54,247 nt of DNA from an uncultured virus (IMG/VR IMGVR_UViG_3300010345_000156) (IMGVR_UViG_3300010345_000156), one strand, 5' to 3'; counted from the stretch's first letter, positions 39,787 through 48,076 are shown. A program made the numbers and translations. The notes: generated by a model not told the origin, from the letters alone.

Positions 39787-40209
39787 ATGAAGATAATAAA
39801 TGACCATGAATATGAAGCGATATTAGAAAAGATTAAATATGATATTAATACTATTGGAATAACCGCGCATATAATAGATCCTGTAAAATATGATTACGAT
39901 ATTAAACGAAATTCTTTAATAGATCCTTCAAATGATATGTATAAGTTAATTTCAAATGGTGCCTTAATATCTGCTCCTGGATTTCCTTATAGATATATTA
40001 TATTTACGCCAGAAGAAATGAAAACTATTTTTGATATAATTTCTAATAAAACTAGCAATATCAAAAAGGAATTTACATATGAAGAACTAAGCCTAGAAAC
40101 AAATTTTAATTTCTTTATTTCAGATATTAATTCTAAGATTGTTTTCAATAAAGAAAATGTTTCAAAAGTTCCAGATAGTATTTCAAGTTATGCTGATATG
40201 ATTATTTGA
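39787..40209 (+). CDS. Hypothetical protein; paralogue of 11772..12134
   Basis: Promoter at 39732, GAGGAG RBS, shared motifs. Confidence 0.7.
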   Translation: MKIINDHEYEAILEKIKYDINTIGITAHIIDPVKYDYDIKRNSLIDPSNDMYKLISNGALISAPGFPYRYIIFTPEEMKTIFDIISNKTSNIKKEFTYEELSLETNFNFFISDINSKIVFNKENVSKVPDSISSYADMII

Positions 40210-40358
40210 TACCTTTTCCTATATTCTTTCCTAAAAAGTTTCCTAAAATCTATTCTGGAAAAGATATGCGGCCTTTATAGACAACTTTTTAGGATACTGC
40301 TCAAGAAATTGGATCTAGGAATTTTGAAAAAGAATCGAAATTAAATTTACAAAGACCC

Positions 40359-40387
40359 TTGACAAATCAAATTAAAGATGGTATCAT
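40359..40387 (+). promoter_or_regulatory. Promoter for structured RNA copy 1 and the polymerase gene
   Basis: TTGACA-aatcaaattaaagatgg-TATCAT. Confidence 0.7.
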
Positions 40388-40434
40388 ATAATTAATGAAG
40401 AGATTTAGAAATCTGGAAAAATATTTTTGAGCGA

Positions 40435-40582
40435 GTTTGATAAATAATTGTATATGGAAGTAATCTTAATCACTGGAAAGATTTTGATTGCTAGGAGCCT
40501 AAAAACTCTGTCCAGTGATAGCAATTAGAATCTAACCAAATGAGATTAAAGATGAAACCAGAAAATGAGAAAAGTATCAAAC
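40435..40582 (+). ncRNA. Unassigned pseudoknotted structured RNA, copy 1
   Basis: Helices 40435-42/40575-82, 40470-77/40511-18, 40479-93/40519-33 and 40494-97/40506-09; all covary with copy 2. Confidence 0.8.
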
Positions 40583-40588
40583 AACCGG

Positions 40589-40620
40589 AAAGCCTTAGAG
40601 AGAAATCTTTAGGGCTTTTT
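40589..40620 (+). terminator. Intrinsic terminator between RNA copy 1 and the polymerase gene
   Basis: AAAGCCTTAGAGA-GAAA-TCTTTAGGGCTTT followed by TT. Confidence 0.8.
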
Positions 40621-40643
40621 CTATTAACTATTTTGGAGAAAGG

Positions 40644-41996
40644 ATGTTTAAATTAAGAATATCAAAAGATGTTGTAGAAGCTATTAGGATAAATTTTTCT
40701 AATATTAAGGATAGAAGTTTTGCAATAGGAATTTGTCATAATATTGTTAAAAATAAAGATGGAAAAATTGTTCATGAAAATAATGAAGGCATTTTAACAA
40801 GATTGACAAAAACTGTTTCAAGCAATAGAGATAAGATTTTAGAAATATTACAAAAATTAAAATCTGTTGGAATCATTTGTTTACATCATGATAAGAAAGA
40901 TCCTCAGTTTAATACATTCATTTGGGAAGCACAGTTAGAACAAAATTTCCATAATGAAGATTGGTATGATTTAACTGAAGATATGCCAGAATATAATCAT
41001 TACAAAAAATTGATGGAAAGAGTTATTAACAGAAAGAAATTAAAAGATTCTAATATAAGATTGGATGAAAAGTTAATAGATAAGATTCAATCAAATGAAG
41101 CAAAAGAAATTCTAAAGAAAAGAAATAATGGAGAGTTTGTAGAATCACTTTTCAAAAATTCTAAATCTGGAAGAATGTTTAATATCTATTCCAATATGTC
41201 TAAAGATATAAGACATCAAATGAAAGATCTAAATGGACGAAAACTTTGTGAAATTGATTTCAAATCTTGTCAAATAGCTATCCTCGGGAAATTGATTTTT
41301 GAAAACTCTTTGAAAACAGCTTCACAAAAAATGCAGGAAGAATTAAAACATTTCCAAGATCTTGCCTATAATGGTTTCTATGAATATTTCTCAGATGCGT
41401 TAAACATTCCTAAAAACCTATTAAAGAAATTATCTCTAAAATTCTTCCTAGATAAATCTAATCAAAGAAATGAATTAAACTTTTCAAATGATCTAATAGC
41501 AAAATTCTATAATTCAAATTTAGACATCAAAAATTCCTACATTTCTTTTATCAATCTATTCCAAACAACTTTTCCGGAAATTTCAAAATACATTTCAGGC
41601 ATTATCAAAAACCTAGAACATGATGGAAAAACTCTAGCATCTTTATTACAATACCAAGAATCTAAAGTTTTGAAATCCCTTCTAGCAAAAATCAAAACAA
41701 TCAAAGATCCTGAATTTAATTTCTTTTCAATTCATGATTCAATCATCTTTACTGAAAATCATTCTAAAGATGTGAAGAAAATTGTATATGAATTCATCAA
41801 AGATCTTAAATCAAAAAATTTATTCATAAAATCAAAATATTCAAATCTAAATCAAAATACCAACAAAGAATATGATGAATTCCATTATGTCGCTAAAACT
41901 GATCCGAATGAATTTTTGCTAGGAATCTCCGCTCTCGAATCTTTCTTTACATGTTTTGAAGTAAATTTAGATCAATCCTTTCCCATAATCTCCTAA
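40644..41996 (+). CDS. Stand-alone divergent family-A nucleic-acid polymerase (PolA / T7-RNAP-like palm), with no exonuclease domains
   Basis: Motifs in the expected order: SGRMF...KDIR, LCEIDFKSCQ (motif A), KNLLKKLSLKFF (motif B-like), LQYQES, SIHDSII (motif C). GAGAAAGG RBS. Confidence 0.65.
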   Translation: MFKLRISKDVVEAIRINFSNIKDRSFAIGICHNIVKNKDGKIVHENNEGILTRLTKTVSSNRDKILEILQKLKSVGIICLHHDKKDPQFNTFIWEAQLEQNFHNEDWYDLTEDMPEYNHYKKLMERVINRKKLKDSNIRLDEKLIDKIQSNEAKEILKKRNNGEFVESLFKNSKSGRMFNIYSNMSKDIRHQMKDLNGRKLCEIDFKSCQIAILGKLIFENSLKTASQKMQEELKHFQDLAYNGFYEYFSDALNIPKNLLKKLSLKFFLDKSNQRNELNFSNDLIAKFYNSNLDIKNSYISFINLFQTTFPEISKYISGIIKNLEHDGKTLASLLQYQESKVLKSLLAKIKTIKDPEFNFFSIHDSIIFTENHSKDVKKIVYEFIKDLKSKNLFIKSKYSNLNQNTNKEYDEFHYVAKTDPNEFLLGISALESFFTCFEVNLDQSFPIIS

Positions 41997-42209
41997 ATTC
42001 TTTCTACTATAACCATTTCCAAATCAGATTTCATTCATTCTGGTTTTTGATCATTTCTAGGAAATCCTAATTCAATTTCCCGCATAGACCTATCTAAAAT
42101 CCTTTCAAAACAATTCCCTATACTATTTCCTATATCCTTCCCTAAACCCTCCCTAAACTGTTCCTAAACACTTCCTGAAAAAAAATTACAAATAGACTCT
42201 TCTAAACCC

Positions 42210-42504
42210 TTGACAAATTTCAAAAAAGTTACTAAGAAATTTCTCCAAAAAGATTTCCTAAAAATATGTTGACAATTCTTTGAAATATTTCTAGCACGGT
42301 TTCGGAAAAAATTCTAAAACCTCTCTTCTAAACCCTTGACATTTTTGAAAGAATTTACTAGGAAAATTTTTAGGAAATCTTTTTAGAAATTCTTTGAAAT
42401 AGTTGTTGACAAATTCGGAATATTTTTCTAGGCATTGTTTTTGAAATGATTTCCGAAAATAATTTAAGAAAAGACTTGACGTTTTTTGGAAATTTTACTA
42501 GGGA
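42210..42504 (+). repeat. Tandem array of five TTGAC-N17-CTA(G/A) promoter-like sites
   Basis: Starts at 42210, 42269, 42336, 42406 and 42476. Confidence 0.75.
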
Positions 42505-42757
42505 ATTATTTGGGAAATTATTTGATATTATTTTGGGCTTTTTGAAATAGTATCTTGAAATTTTTCGGAAATAGTATTAGGAAAAATATAGGGGGCCTTT
42601 ATATAGGGAGAATTTAATTTTGCATTTAGTTTCCGGATCTACAGTTTCGGAATTTTTTGCAATATTTACTTTTAGACACTTGACGGAAACTTAAATTTGT
42701 ACTAGTTGCCGAAAGTGTTGTCTGAATTTGGTATTGGAATTTAATCTCGAAAAATGC

Positions 42758-42786
42758 TTGACTATTGAAATTAAATGTGGTATAAT
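42758..42786 (+). promoter_or_regulatory. Promoter for structured RNA copy 2
   Basis: TTGACT-17-TATAAT with an extended TG. Confidence 0.75.
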
Positions 42787-42817
42787 GAATAATGAATTGA
42801 TGAAAAGAATTTATGAA

Positions 42818-42970
42818 CATTTGATAAATAATTATATAATGGAAGTAATCTTAATCAGTGGAAAGATTTCGATTGCTAGGAATGTAAAAAGTTCCATCCA
42901 CTGATAGCAATTGATATCTAACCAAATAAGAGAATTAAGATGAACCCAGAAAATGAGATATTATCAAATG
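42818..42970 (+). ncRNA. Unassigned pseudoknotted structured RNA, copy 2
   Basis: Helices 42818-27/42961-70, 42855-62/42897-904, 42864-78/42905-19 and 42879-83/42891-95. Confidence 0.8.
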
Positions 42971-43003
42971 AGAGCACTATGGATTTATTCTTAGTGCTTT
43001 TTT
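42971..43003 (+). terminator. Intrinsic terminator after RNA copy 2
   Basis: AGAGCACTA...TAGTGCTTT followed by TTT. Confidence 0.8.
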
Positions 43004-43022
43004 GCATTTTTGGAGAAAGGTT

Positions 43023-43173
43023 ATGTATGAATTAAATAATAAGAATTCATACATGGATAAAGTCTGGAAAAGAATATTGGAGAATTCGTTCTAAAAAAGG
43101 AAATAAAACTGCATTGAAATCAAAAGTTTCATATGAAGAGTTTTTAGAAATTGCTAGAGAGTGGTTAAAGTAA
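43023..43173 (+). pseudogene. Small ORF with an apparent +1 frameshift
   Basis: After the GAGAAAGG RBS, MYEL stops after 23 codons, but removing one A gives MYELIIRIHTWIKSGKEYWRIR...EIAREWLK*. Confidence 0.4.
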
Positions 43174-43201
43174 ATATATCATAGAACAAAGGCGAAACAA
43201 A

Positions 43202-43633
43202 ATGCGTAAAAAAGTTGTATCATATATCAATTCAGATAGAAAATATAGAAAAGCAAAATCTCCAAAAAACTTAAAATGCCTAGATCAATTCTCTCTAAAA
43301 GAATTCCTGGAATTAGATTTAGAACAATTGAAATCAGAAATTGAATTTGATCGAGACAATTATTACATTTCATTCAGACTCACAATATTAAACGAAAATT
43401 ATTATTCACTTGATCGAATTCATTTCATAGAATTACTGCAAAAATTGAAAACACTTCTTTTGAAAATTGTTGATAATACTACAATGCAACTAATTCTTAT
43501 CAATCAAAATTCAAACAACACTGAAACAAAATTTATGAATGAAATATTAAAAGCAATGATAAAAGAAATTGAATTTGAAATTAATATTGAAATTTTTGCT
43601 AAGTATCATGGATGGAAAAATTTACAACAGTGA
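43202..43633 (+). CDS. Hypothetical protein
   Basis: 143-aa ORF with an AAAGG RBS. Confidence 0.6.
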   Translation: MRKKVVSYINSDRKYRKAKSPKNLKCLDQFSLKEFLELDLEQLKSEIEFDRDNYYISFRLTILNENYYSLDRIHFIELLQKLKTLLLKIVDNTTMQLILINQNSNNTETKFMNEILKAMIKEIEFEINIEIFAKYHGWKNLQQ

Positions 43634-44174
43634 TACCAATTTTTTGCAATTTCTACTTTTAGACACTTGACAAAATTCAATTCCTAGACTAGCTCCCTAA
43701 ATTGAATTCCCTATATGAATATCCTGAATTAATTTGTGGAAAGAATGTAGAAATTGAATTGTCGAAATGATTGTAGGAATGAATTGTAGGAATAGTGTCG
43801 AATTAATTTAGGGAATAGATTTGTTGGGAATTGATTTAGGAAAAATTTTAGGAAATGATTGTGGAAATTAAATTGAGGGCGCCTTTATAGGAAGAATTTT
43901 AGGAAATGATTGTGGAAATTGCTCTACGTTTCAATTTCAAAATTTCAATTAATATTCTCATTTTTAATCAAATTTATTTCCAGAATCATTTATCAATTTA
44001 TTTTCACATTTCATTCCTACATTTATTCTCTACACTCTATTCCTACAATTAAATTCCTACACTCTATTCCTACAATTCAATTCCTAAATCATTTTCATTC
44101 AATTTTTCGTGCTGATTTTCTACACTCTGTTTCTGAATCATTTTCTATATAGGTGAATGTGTAGAGAGTGGGAT

Positions 44175-44847
44175 AGAAAATTTTTTGTAGAAACTCCCTT
44201 GCCAAACTAGAAGTGCTGCACTATCTTTGTATGTATGGAAGTGAACGAATGATCTTCCGGAAACAAAGTCTAGAAAGGAATTTGAAAATGTTTGTGATTT
44301 TGTTGAAAGAAATTGGGAACATTCATTGTTACTTTCGTGAATCAATCAATGGTTCGGAATTTGATGCTATTCGGAATTTTAAGGATCGTTCTGGATTTTC
44401 AGCATTCATTTTTTATTCTGAAGATGAAGCGAAAGAGAGATTGAATAAAATCAAAATTCAATTTAATATTTGTTCTAGAATGGAATTTGAAATTGTTCCA
44501 TTGAATGAATTGCAACAAAAGATTAGGAACATTTTTCTTAATTGAAAGGAAACATGAATCACACATTTTTGAACAGATTGCATTTCTTTTGTATTGCTTT
44601 TTTGATTCCTTATATTGTTGCATTTTTGTTTTTAATGTCAATGTCGAATGAATTTGTGACAATGAAGCATTTTTATTTCATTTTGATTTTGGGAATTGTT
44701 GTTGCTGGAATTTCTACAGTCTCACAGATTCTTAAGAAAATTTTTTGTAGAAACTCCCTTGCCAAACTAGAAGTGCTGCACTATCTTTGTATGTATGGAA
44801 GTGAACGAATGATCTTCCGGAAACAAAGTCTAGAAAGGAATTTGAAA
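44175..44847 (+). repeat. 113-bp identical direct repeats (44175-44287, 44735-44847), each carrying a promoter, leader and RBS
   Basis: Base-by-base identity, including TTGCCA-17-TATCTT and GAAAGG. Confidence 0.92.
44288..44545 (+). CDS. Hypothetical early protein
   Basis: Start MFVILL follows the cassette RBS. Confidence 0.6.
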   Translation: MFVILLKEIGNIHCYFRESINGSEFDAIRNFKDRSGFSAFIFYSEDEAKERLNKIKIQFNICSRMEFEIVPLNELQQKIRNIFLN

Positions 44848-44850
44848 TGA
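44554..44850 (+). CDS. Small membrane protein reading into the duplicated promoter cassette
   Basis: Two hydrophobic helices; no stop codon before the repeat. Confidence 0.5.
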   Translation: MNHTFLNRLHFFCIAFLIPYIVAFLFLMSMSNEFVTMKHFYFILILGIVVAGISTVSQILKKIFCRNSLAKLEVLHYLCMYGSERMIFRKQSLERNLK

Positions 44851-44993
44851 AGTATGCTTTGGTTTTTGTTGTCGGAATTTTGATCGGACATTTCGGACCT
44901 GTTTTTTCGGCAAAGTGGACTGCACATAAGGCAAGCCAGGGAATGCATCTTGTCGGAAAGGGCTTGGACACTGTTGGCAATTTGATGCGATGA
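44847..44993 (+). CDS. 48-aa membrane-associated peptide (not in the ORF track)
   Basis: MKYALVFVVGILIGHFG...; resembles 51770..51919. Confidence 0.6.
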   Translation: MKYALVFVVGILIGHFGPVFSAKWTAHKASQGMHLVGKGLDTVGNLMR

Positions 44994-45014
44994 GTTTTTG
45001 AAAAATTTGTTTCG

Positions 45015-45051
45015 GAAGAGAGTGTAGGAAATGGTTTCTGCACTCTCTTTT
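45015..45051 (+). terminator. Intrinsic terminator (near-copy at 46025-46060)
   Basis: GAAGAGAGTGTAGGA...TTCTGCACTCTCTTTT. Confidence 0.8.
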
Positions 45052-45162
45052 CATTTTGTGAATTTTTTTGAAGAAACTCCCTTGCCAAACTAGAAGTCAT
45101 GCACTATATTTTGTTCTGTAAGGTTGAGAGGTCAGTTTTCACAATCATCGAAAGGTAGAACA

Positions 45163-45996
45163 ATGAGAATCGAAATTAAGCATAAGACAACGAATGAAAT
45201 TTTGGTTATTGGTGAAGGTGATACTGAATCAGAAGCAATTCTTAATGCGATTAAGAATTCTTTCAAACCAGACGAAAATTTTGCGAATCTGGAAAGTGCG
45301 AATCTGGAAAGTGCGAATCTGTATCGTGCGAATCTGGAAAGTGCGAATCTGTATCGTGCGAATCTGGAAAGTGCGAATCTGTATCGTGCGAATCTGGAAA
45401 GTGCGAATCTGTATCGTGCGAATCTGGAAAGTGCGAGTCTGAATTTTGCGAATCTGTATCGTGCGAATCTGGAAAGTGCGAATCTGGAAAGTGCGAATCT
45501 GTATCGTGCGAATCTGAATTTTGCGAATCTGTATCGTGCGAATCTGGAAAGTGCGAATCTGGAAAGTGCGAATCTGGAAAGTGCGAATCTGGAAAGTGCG
45601 AATCTGGAAAGTGCGAATCTGGAAAGTGCGAATCTGAATTTTGCGAATCTGGAAAGTGCGAATCTGGAAAGTGCGAATCTGGAAAGTGCGAATCTGAATT
45701 TTGCGAATCTGTATCGTGCGAATCTGGAAAGTGCGAATCTGGTTCATGTAGATTCTCGAAACATTCGATTGGATGAGGATAAGGAAATTCTCTTCCGGAT
45801 GGATTGTTGTGTTTGGCCTATTACGATTTGGCACAATAAGGTTCACATTGGTTGTAAGGAATTTGAATTTTCGGAAATTTTGGAAATGACAGAAGAGAAA
45901 GCGGAATCTATCTACGAAGGTGCAGGAAAAAGGTGGAAGCGTTTTGGAAATACGTTGAAGACTGCGATTCTTGACATTCAGAATTCCGGAATTTAA
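45163..45996 (+). CDS. Pentapeptide-repeat protein
   Basis: About 30 ANL(ES/YR/NF) units and a C-terminal IGC-containing domain. Start follows GAAAGG. Confidence 0.92.
   Translation: MRIEIKHKTTNEILVIGEGDTESEAILNAIKNSFKPDENFANLESANLESANLYRANLESANLYRANLESANLYRANLESANLYRANLESASLNFANLYRANLESANLESANLYRANLNFANLYRANLESANLESANLESANLESANLESANLESANLNFANLESANLESANLESANLNFANLYRANLESANLVHVDSRNIRLDEDKEILFRMDCCVWPITIWHNKVHIGCKEFEFSEILEMTEEKAESIYEGAGKRWKRFGNTLKTAILDIQNSGI
45283..45741 (+). repeat. 15-bp coding tandem repeat
   Basis: GCGAATCTG + GAAAGT/TATCGT/AATTTT. Confidence 0.95.
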
Positions 45997-46170
45997 TTTC
46001 CACAACGATTTCAAACAAATTTCCGGAAGAGAGTGTAGGAAAGATTCTGCACTCTCTTTTNNNNNNNNNNNNTTTTTTGAAGAAACTCCCTTGCCAAACT
46101 GGAATTTTTGCATATATTTTGTTCATAGAGTTGAGAGATAGAGTTCACCACACTAAAAAGGAGAAAGAAA

Positions 46171-46431
46171 ATGTTCGGACTGATTTTGGCAATGGTTTTT
46201 TCGGGAAATTCGGATGATCGTTTGTCGGAAGTTTCTTTGGAAACCAGCATCAAGAAGTTTGTCATTGTTTCGGACAGTTTCAAGATTAAGGCACCGAAGG
46301 AAGTTACTTGGGATGATATGAATAAGCTAGATCCGAATAGTACTGATTTTCGATTGTATCATTCAGATGAAGAGTTGAAAATGATTAAAGATCATTTACA
46401 TCATTTTGGAATTGATTATTATAAGAATTAA
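46171..46431 (+). CDS. Hypothetical protein with a signal-like N-terminus; paralogue of 48232..48462
   Basis: Shared SGNS.DR..E.SL...KAPKEVTW.DMNKLDP. Confidence 0.7.
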   Translation: MFGLILAMVFSGNSDDRLSEVSLETSIKKFVIVSDSFKIKAPKEVTWDDMNKLDPNSTDFRLYHSDEELKMIKDHLHHFGIDYYKN

Positions 46432-46717
46432 AATCAAATTTCCCAACACCCTGCAATATTGCAACTGTCACAATTCAATTTTCACAATAGGAGTTTTCTA
46501 AATGTTTTCTTCGTTTTCTAAGTTTTTCTCTTCTGAAGTTCCCGAAACGAAGTTGTCGGATTGAATAGAAACAAAAGTGAATTGAATGAACAGTGTGGAA
46601 TTCTTGAAGATGGACAGTTTGAATTTTTGTAGAAATCCCCTTGCCAAACTAGAAGTGCTGCACTATATTTTGTTCTGTAAGGTTGAGACAAACAAATCAT
46701 CGAAAGGAAGTGCAGAA

Positions 46718-47374
46718 ATGAATAAGAGACTTGATTCTGCAATTAGATTGTTGAAGGAAGGAATTAGAATTTTCGAGAATGAATTTGAATCCGAATCGAA
46801 AGAAGAACAAAAAACTATTCTGAAAAATGCAACGATTAATTTTGGAATGATTGTTCAAATTTTGGAATTTAATGTTGGAATTGTTTCGGATAATATTTGC
46901 ATTCTTTCAAATGGTGGTGAATTAAAAGATTTGGAGGATTGAAAAATGTTGATTTTGATTGATGGGAAACAAATTCATGAAATGGGATATCGAAGCATTA
47001 ATGACAGGACAAACAGTGATATTCTTTTTAGGGAATATATGTCTGGAATGATTTCTACATTTGATTTTGTTTATTTCGGATTCTAACTTTTGAAACTCTC
47101 TATCCAAAAAGAATTGAAAGAAATTTTCGATGCTTTGTCTGAAATTGATAAGATAAAGTTATTTGATTATTTCTATGGAGAATCTTACAAATTTATTCCA
47201 ACAATTCCGGATATGCGAGAGGGGCAAAGATTTTCCTATATTCTTTCTCAAATTATTCCTGAAAGTTCTTGCCTGAAAATCGTACATCCGAATTTGTTTT
47301 ACTGCTCAGAATCGGAAATTGTTTCAGAATGTTTAGGAGAATTTTTTGAGAAATTGATTGCTGAAAATTGCTAG
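46718..47374 (+). other. Three small early ORFs (46718-46942, 46946-47086, 47090-47374)
   Basis: They follow the promoter at 46641 and precede the terminator at 47421-47455. Confidence 0.55.
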
Positions 47375-47570
47375 GAACTAAAGTTTTAAGACTGAGGTAT
47401 CGGAAAACTTAGCAATTGGCAAGACTTTAGGGATTTATGCCTTAGAGTCTTTTTTCATGTTGTAGAAAAATTTTTGAAGAAAGTTGTAGACAAGACTGAG
47501 AAGATGTAGTATATTTTGTTTATAACCAAGGGAGATATGAACAAACTCCCTAAACTCGAAAGGAAATATC

Positions 47571-48059
47571 ATGAACTGCGAAGAAATCATCCAAAATAAG
47601 GCAAATCTTTTTTGGGAAAATCTTGAAAATGCAAATCTTGAAAATGCAAATCTTGCTTGGGCAAATCTTTCCAATGCAAATCTTGAAAATGCAAATCTGA
47701 AATTGGCAAAACTTTCTTGTGCAAATCTTGAAAATGCAAATCTGAAATTGGCAAAACTTTCTTGTGCAAATCTTGAAAATGCAAATCTTGAAAATGCAAA
47801 TCTGAAGCATGTAGATGCTCGCAGTTTGCGAATGTCTGAAGAGAAGGAGATTTTGTTCCGAATGGATTGTTGTTTGTGGCCTATCACAATTTGACACAAT
47901 GTTGTTTCGATTGGTTGTAAGGATTTCACATTTGAGCAGATTTTGGAAATGACTGAAGAAAAAGCGGAAGAGATCCATGAGGGTGCTGGAAAGCGGTGGA
48001 AGAGGTTTGGAAATACCTTGAAATCTGCAATCAAGGACATTCAAGATTCTGGAATTTAA
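47571..48059 (+). pseudogene. Second pentapeptide-repeat gene with an in-frame TGA
   Basis: TGA at 47892-94 where the paralogue has TGG (PITI-W-HN). The frame continues with strong similarity to ...DIQDSGI*. Confidence 0.85.
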
Positions 48060-48076
48060 TAATTCAAATTTTCCAC

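Larger units (their letters stand above)
38157..44174. other. Gene-poor, strand-skewed region (candidate origin or genome-end control region)
   Basis: Alternating C-rich and G-rich blocks, inverted repeats and repeated motifs; only a few ORFs in 6 kb. Confidence 0.55.

Noticed and set aside
40435..40582. HDV-like or hammerhead ribozyme assignment for the structured RNA
   Set aside because: The helix order resembles HDV P1-P2-P3, but there is no P1.1/P4/J4-2 catalytic C segment and no CUGAnGA...GAAA core.
42626..44345. ORFs 42626-42820(-), 43910-44152(+) and 44145-44345(-)
   Set aside because: They overlap promoters or low-complexity skewed tracts, lack an RBS, and have atypical composition.
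45194..46113. Alternative-frame and antisense ORFs over the pentapeptide and 24-bp repeats (also 27574-27949, 47435-48044)
   Set aside because: Shadow ORFs produced by stop-free tandem repeats.
47892..47894. TGA recoded as Trp genome-wide
   Set aside because: Many well-defined genes here (regA, phoH, trxA, gp3-like) end in TGA, often overlapping the next start codon, and Trp is otherwise TGG. This is a single nonsense change.
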